IMG/VR virus record: IMGVR_UViG_3300033121_001780
Origin: an uncultured virus (IMG/VR IMGVR_UViG_3300033121_001780)
Lineage: Duplodnaviria > Heunggongvirae > Uroviricota > Caudoviricetes
DNA: 20,000 nt
Direction: 5' to 3' (one strand)
Shown: positions 10,162 to 17,492 of the stretch, in pieces
Position numbering within the stretch: the first letter of the stretch is position 1
Layout: each line of letters opens with the position of its first letter
Program-made: the position numbers and the translations under genes
Notes under the pieces: model-generated
What the model was told of the DNA's origin: nothing
Database searches by the model: none
The model's input: the letters and a program-made list of their open reading frames with translations, nothing else

Positions 10162-10764
10162 ATGGAAATAAAATTCGAGAATTTTGCGGAGAAGGAAAAA
10201 GTATTTATAGAAAGAACAGGAAAAAATTTTGATTTCTACTACAAAAAGTATTATCCAAAACTTATCTATTACACAAATAAGATTTGTAATGATACTCAAA
10301 AAGCTGAAGATGTATCAATTGATTCATTTTTAACAGCTTTTGATAAAATTGATATGTATGAGAGTGACAAGTCACAATTCTCAACATGGCTATTTACAAT
10401 AGCTAGAAATCTAGCTCTTCAAGAAAAGAAAATGGATGGCAAATCAATCTCAATGGATGTAGAGATTGATGAAGAGGGAACAACAATGAAAGACTTCATC
10501 CAAGAGGAAGAATCGGAAGACGAGGCTAAATATGAAGCCATAAATAAAAAGGCCCAAATAATGCTTGAGGCGATAGGAAAACTGAAAGAGCCATATAGAA
10601 GAGTTATAGAAATGAGAGAAATTAAGAGAATGCAATATAAAGACATCTCTGAGCAACTTGGAAAAAATCTTTCGACAATAAAAAGTCAAATAAGGAACGG
10701 GCGCGGATTGCTAGTAAAAGCAACAGAAAAAGACTTTGCAAAGATTGATAGTCAATTTTCATAA
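10162..10764 (+). CDS. RNA polymerase sigma factor, sigma-70 ECF type
   Basis: Region 2 (AEDVSIDSFLTAFDKI...FSTWLFTIARN) and region 4 HTH (MQYKDISEQLGKNLSTIKSQIRNGR). Confidence 0.92.
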   Translation: MEIKFENFAEKEKVFIERTGKNFDFYYKKYYPKLIYYTNKICNDTQKAEDVSIDSFLTAFDKIDMYESDKSQFSTWLFTIARNLALQEKKMDGKSISMDVEIDEEGTTMKDFIQEEESEDEAKYEAINKKAQIMLEAIGKLKEPYRRVIEMREIKRMQYKDISEQLGKNLSTIKSQIRNGRGLLVKATEKDFAKIDSQFS

Positions 10765-10806
10765 CCCAAATTAGCAATGGAAGAAGCATAATCTTATATA
10801 TAGATT

Positions 10807-12003
10807 ATGTCAAGAACAAAATTAATCGTCAGAGGATCAAATCCAAAAGAAAGGCTTTTATCCATTATAAGTCAATGCACAAATAGAAATCAGATATGTC
10901 AACACATCAAAAGGTACATCGATATTATTGATTTCTTAAAATCAAGAGTTAAATCAAATTCTGATAAATCTCCAATGGAACTTCTATATCTATATCAACA
11001 AAATATAGAAGTTCCATTGTGCATTTGTGGAAAAGAAAGAATATACCATTGTCAAGGATACAGACCAACATGCGGTGGAAAAGATTGCATAAACATAACT
11101 AGGGAAAATTCAAAAAAGAATTTTTGCCTAAAAACATATGGAGTGGAATTTGTTACACAACTTGACACAATGAAGGATAAGTCAAAGAAAACATGCTTGA
11201 AGAAATATGGGGTTGATAATATAACAAAATTAAAGGAAGTAATACAAAAAAGAAAGCAAAACAATCTTAAAAAATGGGGGGTGACGGATCCAATAATGAT
11301 GCCCGAATTTAGAAGATCTGATGTGATGAGAATACACCATGATAACAAAATACAGAGTGGACTACCCAATAAATATGAATATTTAGGCCATATTGATAAT
11401 GATATGGCAATTGAGTATTATTCTATAAAATGTCCAAAAAATCACATAACAACTATAAGTAAGTCAAATCTAAGTATCAGAAAATCTAAAAATCAAGAAA
11501 TTTGCAATCTTTGTAATGAATATATTGGATCAATGGCAGAGCAAGAAGTTTTTGATTACATAAAAACAATATATTTTGGAAATATAACTAGAAGTGATAG
11601 AAAATTAATCAAACCATTAGAAATAGACATGGTTCTAGAAGATATTAAAATATGCATAGAATTCAATGGGGATTATTGGCATTCAACTAAAATCATTGAT
11701 GACCAATATTATCATATGGATAAATCAAAATCGTGTATATCAAAAGGATTTAGACTATTACAGATAAAAGAAAGAGATTGGTATGAAAAGAAAGACGAAG
11801 TGAAGAATAAAATGAGCCAATTTATAGAAAATCACCCTATTAAAATAGATAAAAATATCTATACGTTGGATTTATCATGGTATGATGATAGATTTCTTAA
11901 AATTGGTAACTGGAAATTAATTGCACAAAATAAACCCATTCTAATAAATGTTGGCCAATATCTCCAGTGGAGTGGCGGAGAGGAGATATATAAGCTATTA
12001 TGA
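10807..12003 (+). CDS. Free-standing putative homing endonuclease: K-[KT]-[YW]-G-V repeats, Zn ribbons and a Vsr/DUF559-like PD-(D/E)xK nuclease domain
   Basis: Repeats KTYGV, KKYGV, KKWGV; Cys motifs CICG, CGGKDC, CPKNH, CNLC; nuclease motif EIDMVLEDIKICIEFNGDYWHS...GFRLLQIKERDW. Confidence 0.75.
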   Translation: MSRTKLIVRGSNPKERLLSIISQCTNRNQICQHIKRYIDIIDFLKSRVKSNSDKSPMELLYLYQQNIEVPLCICGKERIYHCQGYRPTCGGKDCINITRENSKKNFCLKTYGVEFVTQLDTMKDKSKKTCLKKYGVDNITKLKEVIQKRKQNNLKKWGVTDPIMMPEFRRSDVMRIHHDNKIQSGLPNKYEYLGHIDNDMAIEYYSIKCPKNHITTISKSNLSIRKSKNQEICNLCNEYIGSMAEQEVFDYIKTIYFGNITRSDRKLIKPLEIDMVLEDIKICIEFNGDYWHSTKIIDDQYYHMDKSKSCISKGFRLLQIKERDWYEKKDEVKNKMSQFIENHPIKIDKNIYTLDLSWYDDRFLKIGNWKLIAQNKPILINVGQYLQWSGGEEIYKLL

Positions 12004-12278
12004 AAACAACACACAAAATTCAGCTTTTATGGTCATCTTGGGGAGATATATGTGATCTTATCAAATTCAAAAATGGAACAAAAGGATATTATGTAGATGG
12101 CCATGGAAATATAGCTGATGCGTCTACTAATATTATTGGATTTTATTATAATAATGACAATGAAGGTTGGATAATTCAACAAGGTGATTGGATTATAAAA
12201 GATGAATCAGGTAAAATTTCCTATATGACTGATGATCAAATGAAAAGATCAATTCTCTTAGAAAAGTTAAGTATATAA
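12000..12278 (+). CDS. Hypothetical phage protein (GDWIIK motif); ends in RSILLEKLSI
   Basis: ATGA overlap with the endonuclease gene. GDWIIKDESG resembles the GD[WY]II[KR] motif common in small phage proteins. Confidence 0.7.
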   Translation: MKTTHKIQLLWSSWGDICDLIKFKNGTKGYYVDGHGNIADASTNIIGFYYNNDNEGWIIQQGDWIIKDESGKISYMTDDQMKRSILLEKLSI

Positions 12279-12294
12279 TTAATATATACTAGAT

Positions 12295-12612
12295 ATGAAA
12301 GATCTATCATACACTCAAATATTCCCAATAAAAAAGCAAATATCACACGAAGATGCTTTAAGAGAAAAAATAAAATCTAAAATAGTCCAAATAATAATGG
12401 ATGAAAACAAGATATCAGAAAAAGCATTTTCTAGAGTACATGAAATAATTGATTTGACTAGATCTAAATTTACAGATGATATGATGCAATTTTCTATAAG
12501 GGAATATCAGTCAGGTAAAAGGCCTGAATACATTGCTGAAATCTTATATGATGATCATTTCAAAAACCAAATATTAAAAGAATCAAAAATTTCTAAATTC
12601 AAAGACTTCTAA
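12295..12612 (+). CDS. Hypothetical protein; ends in LKESKISKFKDF
   Basis: 105-aa ORF preceded by TAATATATA (12280-12288); TAATG overlap with the next gene. Confidence 0.75.
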   Translation: MKDLSYTQIFPIKKQISHEDALREKIKSKIVQIIMDENKISEKAFSRVHEIIDLTRSKFTDDMMQFSIREYQSGKRPEYIAEILYDDHFKNQILKESKISKFKDF

Positions 12613-12911
12613 TGAATTCTAAAGTCTATAAATACATAGAATCAATCATATTTGATTATATCGAATCTGTTAGTGGTGATTTTTATCCTGATAAAAAATC
12701 ATTTATTGAAAATATCAAGAAGCAATCATTATTATATTACCCACATTTAAGCAATGATAATGATATTAAAATACTATTTACGTGTTTTGGTAATAAAGAG
12801 TTTATGAATATTGCTTTCATAGGACCACTATCAAACTCTAAATATGATATCTTGATTCCTAGAAAGATTATAGATCGGGAGATAAAATTGAACTATTTAT
12901 TAGAATCATAA
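12612..12911 (+). CDS. Hypothetical protein; ends in REIKLNYLLES
   Basis: 99-aa ORF coupled to the upstream gene via TAATG. Confidence 0.7.
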   Translation: MNSKVYKYIESIIFDYIESVSGDFYPDKKSFIENIKKQSLLYYPHLSNDNDIKILFTCFGNKEFMNIAFIGPLSNSKYDILIPRKIIDREIKLNYLLES

Positions 12912-12936
12912 TATAAAAATTAAAATATTCAATAGA

Positions 12937-13248
12937 ATGTCAATAAAAGTAACAGATGCAAATTTCGACGGTATAATAAGTGAGGGAGTTTCAGTAATAG
13001 ATTTTTTCGCTACGTGGTGTGGTCCATGCGCAGCCATGTCTCCAATAATAGATGAAATATCAGAAGAATATCCAGAATTAAAAGTTGGTAAAATGGATGT
13101 GGATGAAAATTCTGCAATTCCAACAAAACTTAAAATCAGAAGTATTCCTACTCTCATCATATATAAGAATGGTGAAGTAGTAGAAAGAAAAACTGGAATA
13201 GTGTCAAAATCACAATTAAAAACAATATTGGATACTCATATCTCATAA
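12937..13248 (+). CDS. trxA: Thioredoxin
   Basis: DFFATWCGPC active site and cis-Pro motif IRSIPTL; 103 aa. Confidence 0.95.
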   Translation: MSIKVTDANFDGIISEGVSVIDFFATWCGPCAAMSPIIDEISEEYPELKVGKMDVDENSAIPTKLKIRSIPTLIIYKNGEVVERKTGIVSKSQLKTILDTHIS

Positions 13249-13874
13249 TGGATATTATAGAAACCATAAACACTGGTAATGTTATATCCATAGGATATAA
13301 CGAAGATTGTGAAGAATATCTATTTTCTGTTCTAGATAGATTATATAATATATCGTATGTTGATTATAAATTACAAAAATTCCATAGAGATAGCTTCATA
13401 ATAAGTGATGAATCATATATGAGAGATACTAAGCTTAATCTCATTATGAATACAAAACACGATAAGGGATATAATATTGTCAATCTTAATAATTTCGAAT
13501 CTGAAGAATCTGAAACAAACAAGGCACAAGAGATAAGGGATTTTATACGATCCGTATCATCGCAAGGATATATGTGGTCAACTCAGGATCTGAAAATCAG
13601 AACTATATTTTTAAGCCAATCATATGAGGGAATCAATGGAGAAACGATAATGAGAGGCGGATCTTCTTTTATCTATTCATCTGATCTAGTCTTAATGATA
13701 TCAGAGAATGAAAAATTCGAAATAGTCAAAGATACTAACTCTCCTTGTAGTGTAGAGCGAAATATGAAAAATTACACAGAGACATCAAAATACCTACATG
13801 ATGATACGATCTCTGATCTATTTACAGTCACTACAACAACAACCATAAGCCACAAAAATAATCCCAAGATATAA
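13248..13874 (+). CDS. Hypothetical protein, possibly a degenerate RecA/DnaB-like fold without Walker A
   Basis: KAQEIRDFIRSV...IFLSQ...MRGGSSFIYSSDLVLMI resembles RecA/DnaB C-terminal motifs. No GxxxxGK[ST] is present. Confidence 0.55.
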   Translation: MDIIETINTGNVISIGYNEDCEEYLFSVLDRLYNISYVDYKLQKFHRDSFIISDESYMRDTKLNLIMNTKHDKGYNIVNLNNFESEESETNKAQEIRDFIRSVSSQGYMWSTQDLKIRTIFLSQSYEGINGETIMRGGSSFIYSSDLVLMISENEKFEIVKDTNSPCSVERNMKNYTETSKYLHDDTISDLFTVTTTTTISHKNNPKI

Positions 13875-13901
13875 GAGAATTTCCAAATGGAGGAATTTTC
13901 G

Positions 13902-13909
13902 TATATTTG
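13902..13909 (+). promoter_or_regulatory. Bacteroidota-type -7 promoter element TATATTTG
   Basis: Sequence TTTCGTATATTTGTGATATG; the ATG at 13914 follows 4 nt after the element, matching the geometry at ligA. Confidence 0.6.
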
Positions 13910-13913
13910 TGAT

Positions 13914-14345
13914 ATGAATATCATAATAAATAAGAAAGCAAGGTTTAATTACGATATTTTAGAAGAATATACCGCCGGTATGATTCTTCTAGGATCAGAA
14001 GTTAAATCTATTATAACTGGTGATATTAACTTTGGAGATGCCTTTGCTTATTTCAAGGATGGAGAACTCTGGATAAAGAATCTTCATATATCAAAATATA
14101 AAGATTCATCATATCAAAATCATGACGAACTTCGAGAAAGAAAGCTACTTCTAACCAAAAATGAAGTCAAAAAAATATCAAGGATGATGGATACAAAGGG
14201 AACAACCCTTATTCCAATCGAACTCTTTACTCTAAGGGGGAAAATAAAACTGAAACTCGGGGTTTGTAAGGGTAAAAAGACGTGGGAAAAGAGATATTCT
14301 ATCAAGAAAAGGGACATTGAGAGAGAATCAAATTTCCGATTTTGA
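13914..14345 (+). CDS. smpB: SsrA(tmRNA)-binding protein SmpB
   Basis: NKKARFNY, AGMILLGSEVKSI, RERKLLL, GTTLIP and GKK..EKR motifs. Start moved to ATG 13914 because the track's 13887 start would include the promoter element. Confidence 0.95.
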   Translation: MNIIINKKARFNYDILEEYTAGMILLGSEVKSIITGDINFGDAFAYFKDGELWIKNLHISKYKDSSYQNHDELRERKLLLTKNEVKKISRMMDTKGTTLIPIELFTLRGKIKLKLGVCKGKKTWEKRYSIKKRDIERESNFRF

Positions 14346-14404
14346 TATATAATATACGATAGTTAAAATGCTTGATACTATTGATCAAAACATAAACAAT
14401 CCAC

Positions 14405-15268
14405 ATGATTTTCTTGCTTCCTAGTGAGCCTTTTGATATCAAAAAGGTTGATTACGAATTTAAATCTGAATTTACATCAATTTCTATATTAGGATATAGA
14501 ATATATCTGTATGAACACGATAGATTTATCTCAACTGGGGAATTCGTCTCAACATTTGACTTCACAAATAATAGTGATTTAGTTATTCTAAGATCTTGGA
14601 TGTTGAAAGCAGATCAATATGATAATCTGTTTAATATATTGAACAGTAAAGGACTTATGATGATAAATACGCCCGAACAATATCTTAATTGTCATTATTA
14701 CCCAAATATTTACGATAAAATAAGAATGCATTCTCCCCAATCTGTTTGGTTCAAGGATCTCTCAGATGAGAACTGCGTCAATATGAGAAAGATGATCGAT
14801 GGGGATGTTATTATAAAAGACTATGTTAAATCCGAAAAAGGATTTGATGATATTTTCTTTCTTGAAAATCAAATTATGAATGAAGAATTGATTAAACGAA
14901 TCCATAAATTTAAGGATTCTAGAGGAAAGCTATTCAACGAAGGAATTGTCTTCAAGAAAAAATTAAATTTAAAGAAATATGGTGATAAAACCAACGAATT
15001 TAGATTGTTTTATTTGTACCACAAATTAATTTCAATAACTCAGAATTCCGATCTTGGATATGGAAACAATCCCTATATTAGCTTCCTAAATCCAATAATC
15101 GAAACCATAGACTCAAATTTCTTTACAATTGATCTAGCAGAATTAGAAGATGGAAAATGGGTAATTTTAGAATGTGGAGATGGGTCTGTTTCTGGGCTTT
15201 CACCACACCAAAATAGTCTATTTTTCTATACAAATTTTGATAAATTACAAAAAACAGCAAAAATATAA
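14405..15268 (+). CDS. ATP-grasp domain protein (R2K-clade / DUF4343-like)
   Basis: IIKDYVKSEK, NEFRLF and FFTIDLAELEDGKWVILECGDGSVSGL motifs. Confidence 0.75.
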   Translation: MIFLLPSEPFDIKKVDYEFKSEFTSISILGYRIYLYEHDRFISTGEFVSTFDFTNNSDLVILRSWMLKADQYDNLFNILNSKGLMMINTPEQYLNCHYYPNIYDKIRMHSPQSVWFKDLSDENCVNMRKMIDGDVIIKDYVKSEKGFDDIFFLENQIMNEELIKRIHKFKDSRGKLFNEGIVFKKKLNLKKYGDKTNEFRLFYLYHKLISITQNSDLGYGNNPYISFLNPIIETIDSNFFTIDLAELEDGKWVILECGDGSVSGLSPHQNSLFFYTNFDKLQKTAKI

Positions 15269-15285
15269 CCAACAATATATTATTA

Positions 15286-15807
15286 ATGAGGAAAATCCAA
15301 AAAGTGCGTAAGCACAAATTGAATGGCGAAGTTCGATTCCCACAAGTTAGGGTAACAGGTGATTTTGGTGGTAAAATAATGTCATCATATGAGGCCTCAA
15401 AACTTTCTGAAGAAATGGGTCTTGATCTTATTCTCATATCCGAAAGTGCTATACCGCCTGTAGTTAAAATTGAGAACTATAATAAATTCCTCTATGATCT
15501 AGAAAAGAGAGAAAAGGAAATTAAGAAAGGTCAAAAAAGGTCAGAAGTCAAGGAACTAACATTTTCTCCAAATATAGCAGATCATGATTTAGGAGTTAAG
15601 TCAAAAAAGGCTCTTGAATTCTTAAAGAATGGAATGAAAGTGAAGTGTACTCTTTCCATGAAGGGCAGAGAAGCTGCGATGTTCGAAAGAGGACAAATCG
15701 TTATGCTTAAATTTGCTACCTTAGTTGAAGAATCCGGAGTCCCGGAAGATATGCCGAAGAGGGATGGGAATAAGTGGTTTATGGTTCTTAAACCTAACAA
15801 GAAATGA
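15286..15807 (+). CDS. infC: Translation initiation factor IF-3
   Basis: N-domain (LNGEVRFPQVRV, GLDLILIS...PPVVKI..YNKFLY), lysine-rich linker, and C-domain (VKELTFSPNIADHDL, GMKVK..MKGRE). Confidence 0.95.
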   Translation: MRKIQKVRKHKLNGEVRFPQVRVTGDFGGKIMSSYEASKLSEEMGLDLILISESAIPPVVKIENYNKFLYDLEKREKEIKKGQKRSEVKELTFSPNIADHDLGVKSKKALEFLKNGMKVKCTLSMKGREAAMFERGQIVMLKFATLVEESGVPEDMPKRDGNKWFMVLKPNKK

Positions 15808-16571
15808 AAGTTTGTGTAGCAATTTCATCACATAGTCCTGCCTTTTTCACAAAAATGACAGTGGGGACTCTTCTCCGTGAGGTAAAAAATCATGATCTGA
15901 ATATCCATGTTGGATATCATTCGAATCTATCAGATTATACGCAAGATTTAAGTCTATTTGAGCTACATAAAATATGCCAACTTCATGCAGTTGATGAGAT
16001 TGATTGGTATCAACACAACGATGATATTTATCGATATTCAAAAATGCATGCTAAAAATCTTGAGAATATCTTTAAAAATATTAGGTATTATGATTTTGAT
16101 TATCTAGCCATATTAGATAATGATCTGTATATAAAGGGGGACTTCGTTTCCAATATAATAGAGAAATTTCCGGGAAGCGATTTAATAGGTTCCTATTTCG
16201 ATGATAAATTCGAGAGACACACCCTGATAGACAATTGGGGAAATCCTGTCACGTTCGCTCCTAAATGCTCGGTTTGGAACATTTTCATTTCTAGAAAAAT
16301 GTTCGACAAAATCATGGAAGACACAAGTGTAATTTGGCCAAAATTCATAGACGGAACATTTTATGACACTTTATCAGAAATTTTAAAAATATCTGAAGAG
16401 TGGGGGATGAATAGATCCATCGTAACGACGGAAGAAATGTCTACAATGATTCATCATTTTTTCCATAGCTCGTTCAACTATGGAATCGGAATGAATAAAA
16501 AGCCAATTGATGGCCCTCAAGAAATTTGGACAAGGGAATTTCCAAACGGTATTAATGATATCATAAAATGA
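15804..16571 (+). CDS. Putative glycosyltransferase (GT-A fold)
   Basis: N-terminal beta strand MKVCVAI, DxD motif in DFDYLAILDNDLYI, and a late HHF motif. ATGA overlap with infC. Confidence 0.65.
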   Translation: MKVCVAISSHSPAFFTKMTVGTLLREVKNHDLNIHVGYHSNLSDYTQDLSLFELHKICQLHAVDEIDWYQHNDDIYRYSKMHAKNLENIFKNIRYYDFDYLAILDNDLYIKGDFVSNIIEKFPGSDLIGSYFDDKFERHTLIDNWGNPVTFAPKCSVWNIFISRKMFDKIMEDTSVIWPKFIDGTFYDTLSEILKISEEWGMNRSIVTTEEMSTMIHHFFHSSFNYGIGMNKKPIDGPQEIWTREFPNGINDIIK

Positions 16572-17041
16572 AGAAAATATTTCTATTTCTAAGCATCTTA
16601 GTAGGCCTTTTCAGCTGTTCAATAGAAGAAGATCAATTTCTATCAACACCACTTATATTGGTTTTCCCTGTTGGAAAATCATGGCAAGTTCAAGATATTT
16701 CTATCTCTGATCCTGTCACATTTGTTTCTGATACAGATACCATAACTTTTGCCGGCAACTTAACATACTTATTCAATGAATCAGATAATCTGTTCTTTTA
16801 TAATCCAGTTGGATTAGATCCAAATGCTGGAAGAATTGAAACATATTATATATGGGGAACATGGAAAAGTGAAGTTACATCATCTAACAATGAGTTTCTA
16901 ACTCTTAATTTTCCAACAAATGGTGGTGACTTTCACAAATATTCATTCTTGAATGGAATGTGGAAAATAACAGATAAATGGTCAAACAAAATTGAGATGG
17001 AAGATGGCAATAAGCATTTAACAATCAAAGTTAATGACTGA
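16568..17041 (+). CDS. Lipoprotein (SPII signal), lipocalin-like beta-barrel
   Basis: Lipobox MKKIFLFLSILVGLFS|C followed by acidic SIEED; GKSW, GTWK and GMWKI motifs are typical of Bacteroidota lipocalin-like proteins. Confidence 0.7.
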   Translation: MKKIFLFLSILVGLFSCSIEEDQFLSTPLILVFPVGKSWQVQDISISDPVTFVSDTDTITFAGNLTYLFNESDNLFFYNPVGLDPNAGRIETYYIWGTWKSEVTSSNNEFLTLNFPTNGGDFHKYSFLNGMWKITDKWSNKIEMEDGNKHLTIKVND

Positions 17042-17492
17042 AATTATAGAAAAAGGTGATTTTGTCGTTGGACTCCAATCAGTAAAAAATCTGGGTGTTC
17101 CATTTGGAACTGCGGATATTATTGAGGGAAATATTTACTTTGTAAGAGATACAGTGGATTGTTCATGTGGTAGATATTTAGATGTTGGGCTCTTTACAAC
17201 GAAAGAAAAAAATATTACTATATGCTGCAGGAAAATTCATTATGAATCCGAAGATGCAAAAAAGCTTTTTACTCTGGATGTAGAGAAAAATACCATTACT
17301 CCAACAGAATATTCCAAAAATAATTGGAAGATATCTCAAAAATTCCTACAAAGAGAAAAAGTTCTTCTATCAGAAGGAAAGGTAGATATATACTCACCAA
17401 TTGTTTATGCATTTTCAGAGTATTTTAAAAAAGTGGATATATCACAAGAATCACGAGACAGAAAAATTAATATAATAAATGAAAATCTTTGA
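17034..17492 (+). CDS. Hypothetical protein with possible Zn ligands (CSC...CC); ends in RDRKINIINENL
   Basis: 152-aa ORF overlapping both neighbours. Confidence 0.7.
   Translation: MTEIIEKGDFVVGLQSVKNLGVPFGTADIIEGNIYFVRDTVDCSCGRYLDVGLFTTKEKNITICCRKIHYESEDAKKLFTLDVEKNTITPTEYSKNNWKISQKFLQREKVLLSEGKVDIYSPIVYAFSEYFKKVDISQESRDRKINIINENL

Noticed and set aside
14269..14345. SmpB C-terminus (KKRDIERESNFRF) as another RDxKI tag; DKR-to-EKR change as loss of function
   Set aside because: This is the normal SmpB tail and lacks the K-[IL]-x-x-[IL] part. D-to-E is conservative, so no functional claim can be supported.
14346..14404. tmRNA gene next to smpB
   Set aside because: The gap is only about 60 nt and AT-rich, with no tRNA-like ends. 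A tmRNA needs roughly 350 nt.
14368..14424. 18-codon ORF MLDTIDQNINNPHDFLAS overlapping the ATP-grasp start, as a possible peptide substrate
   Set aside because: It is too short to distinguish from chance and has no supporting motif.
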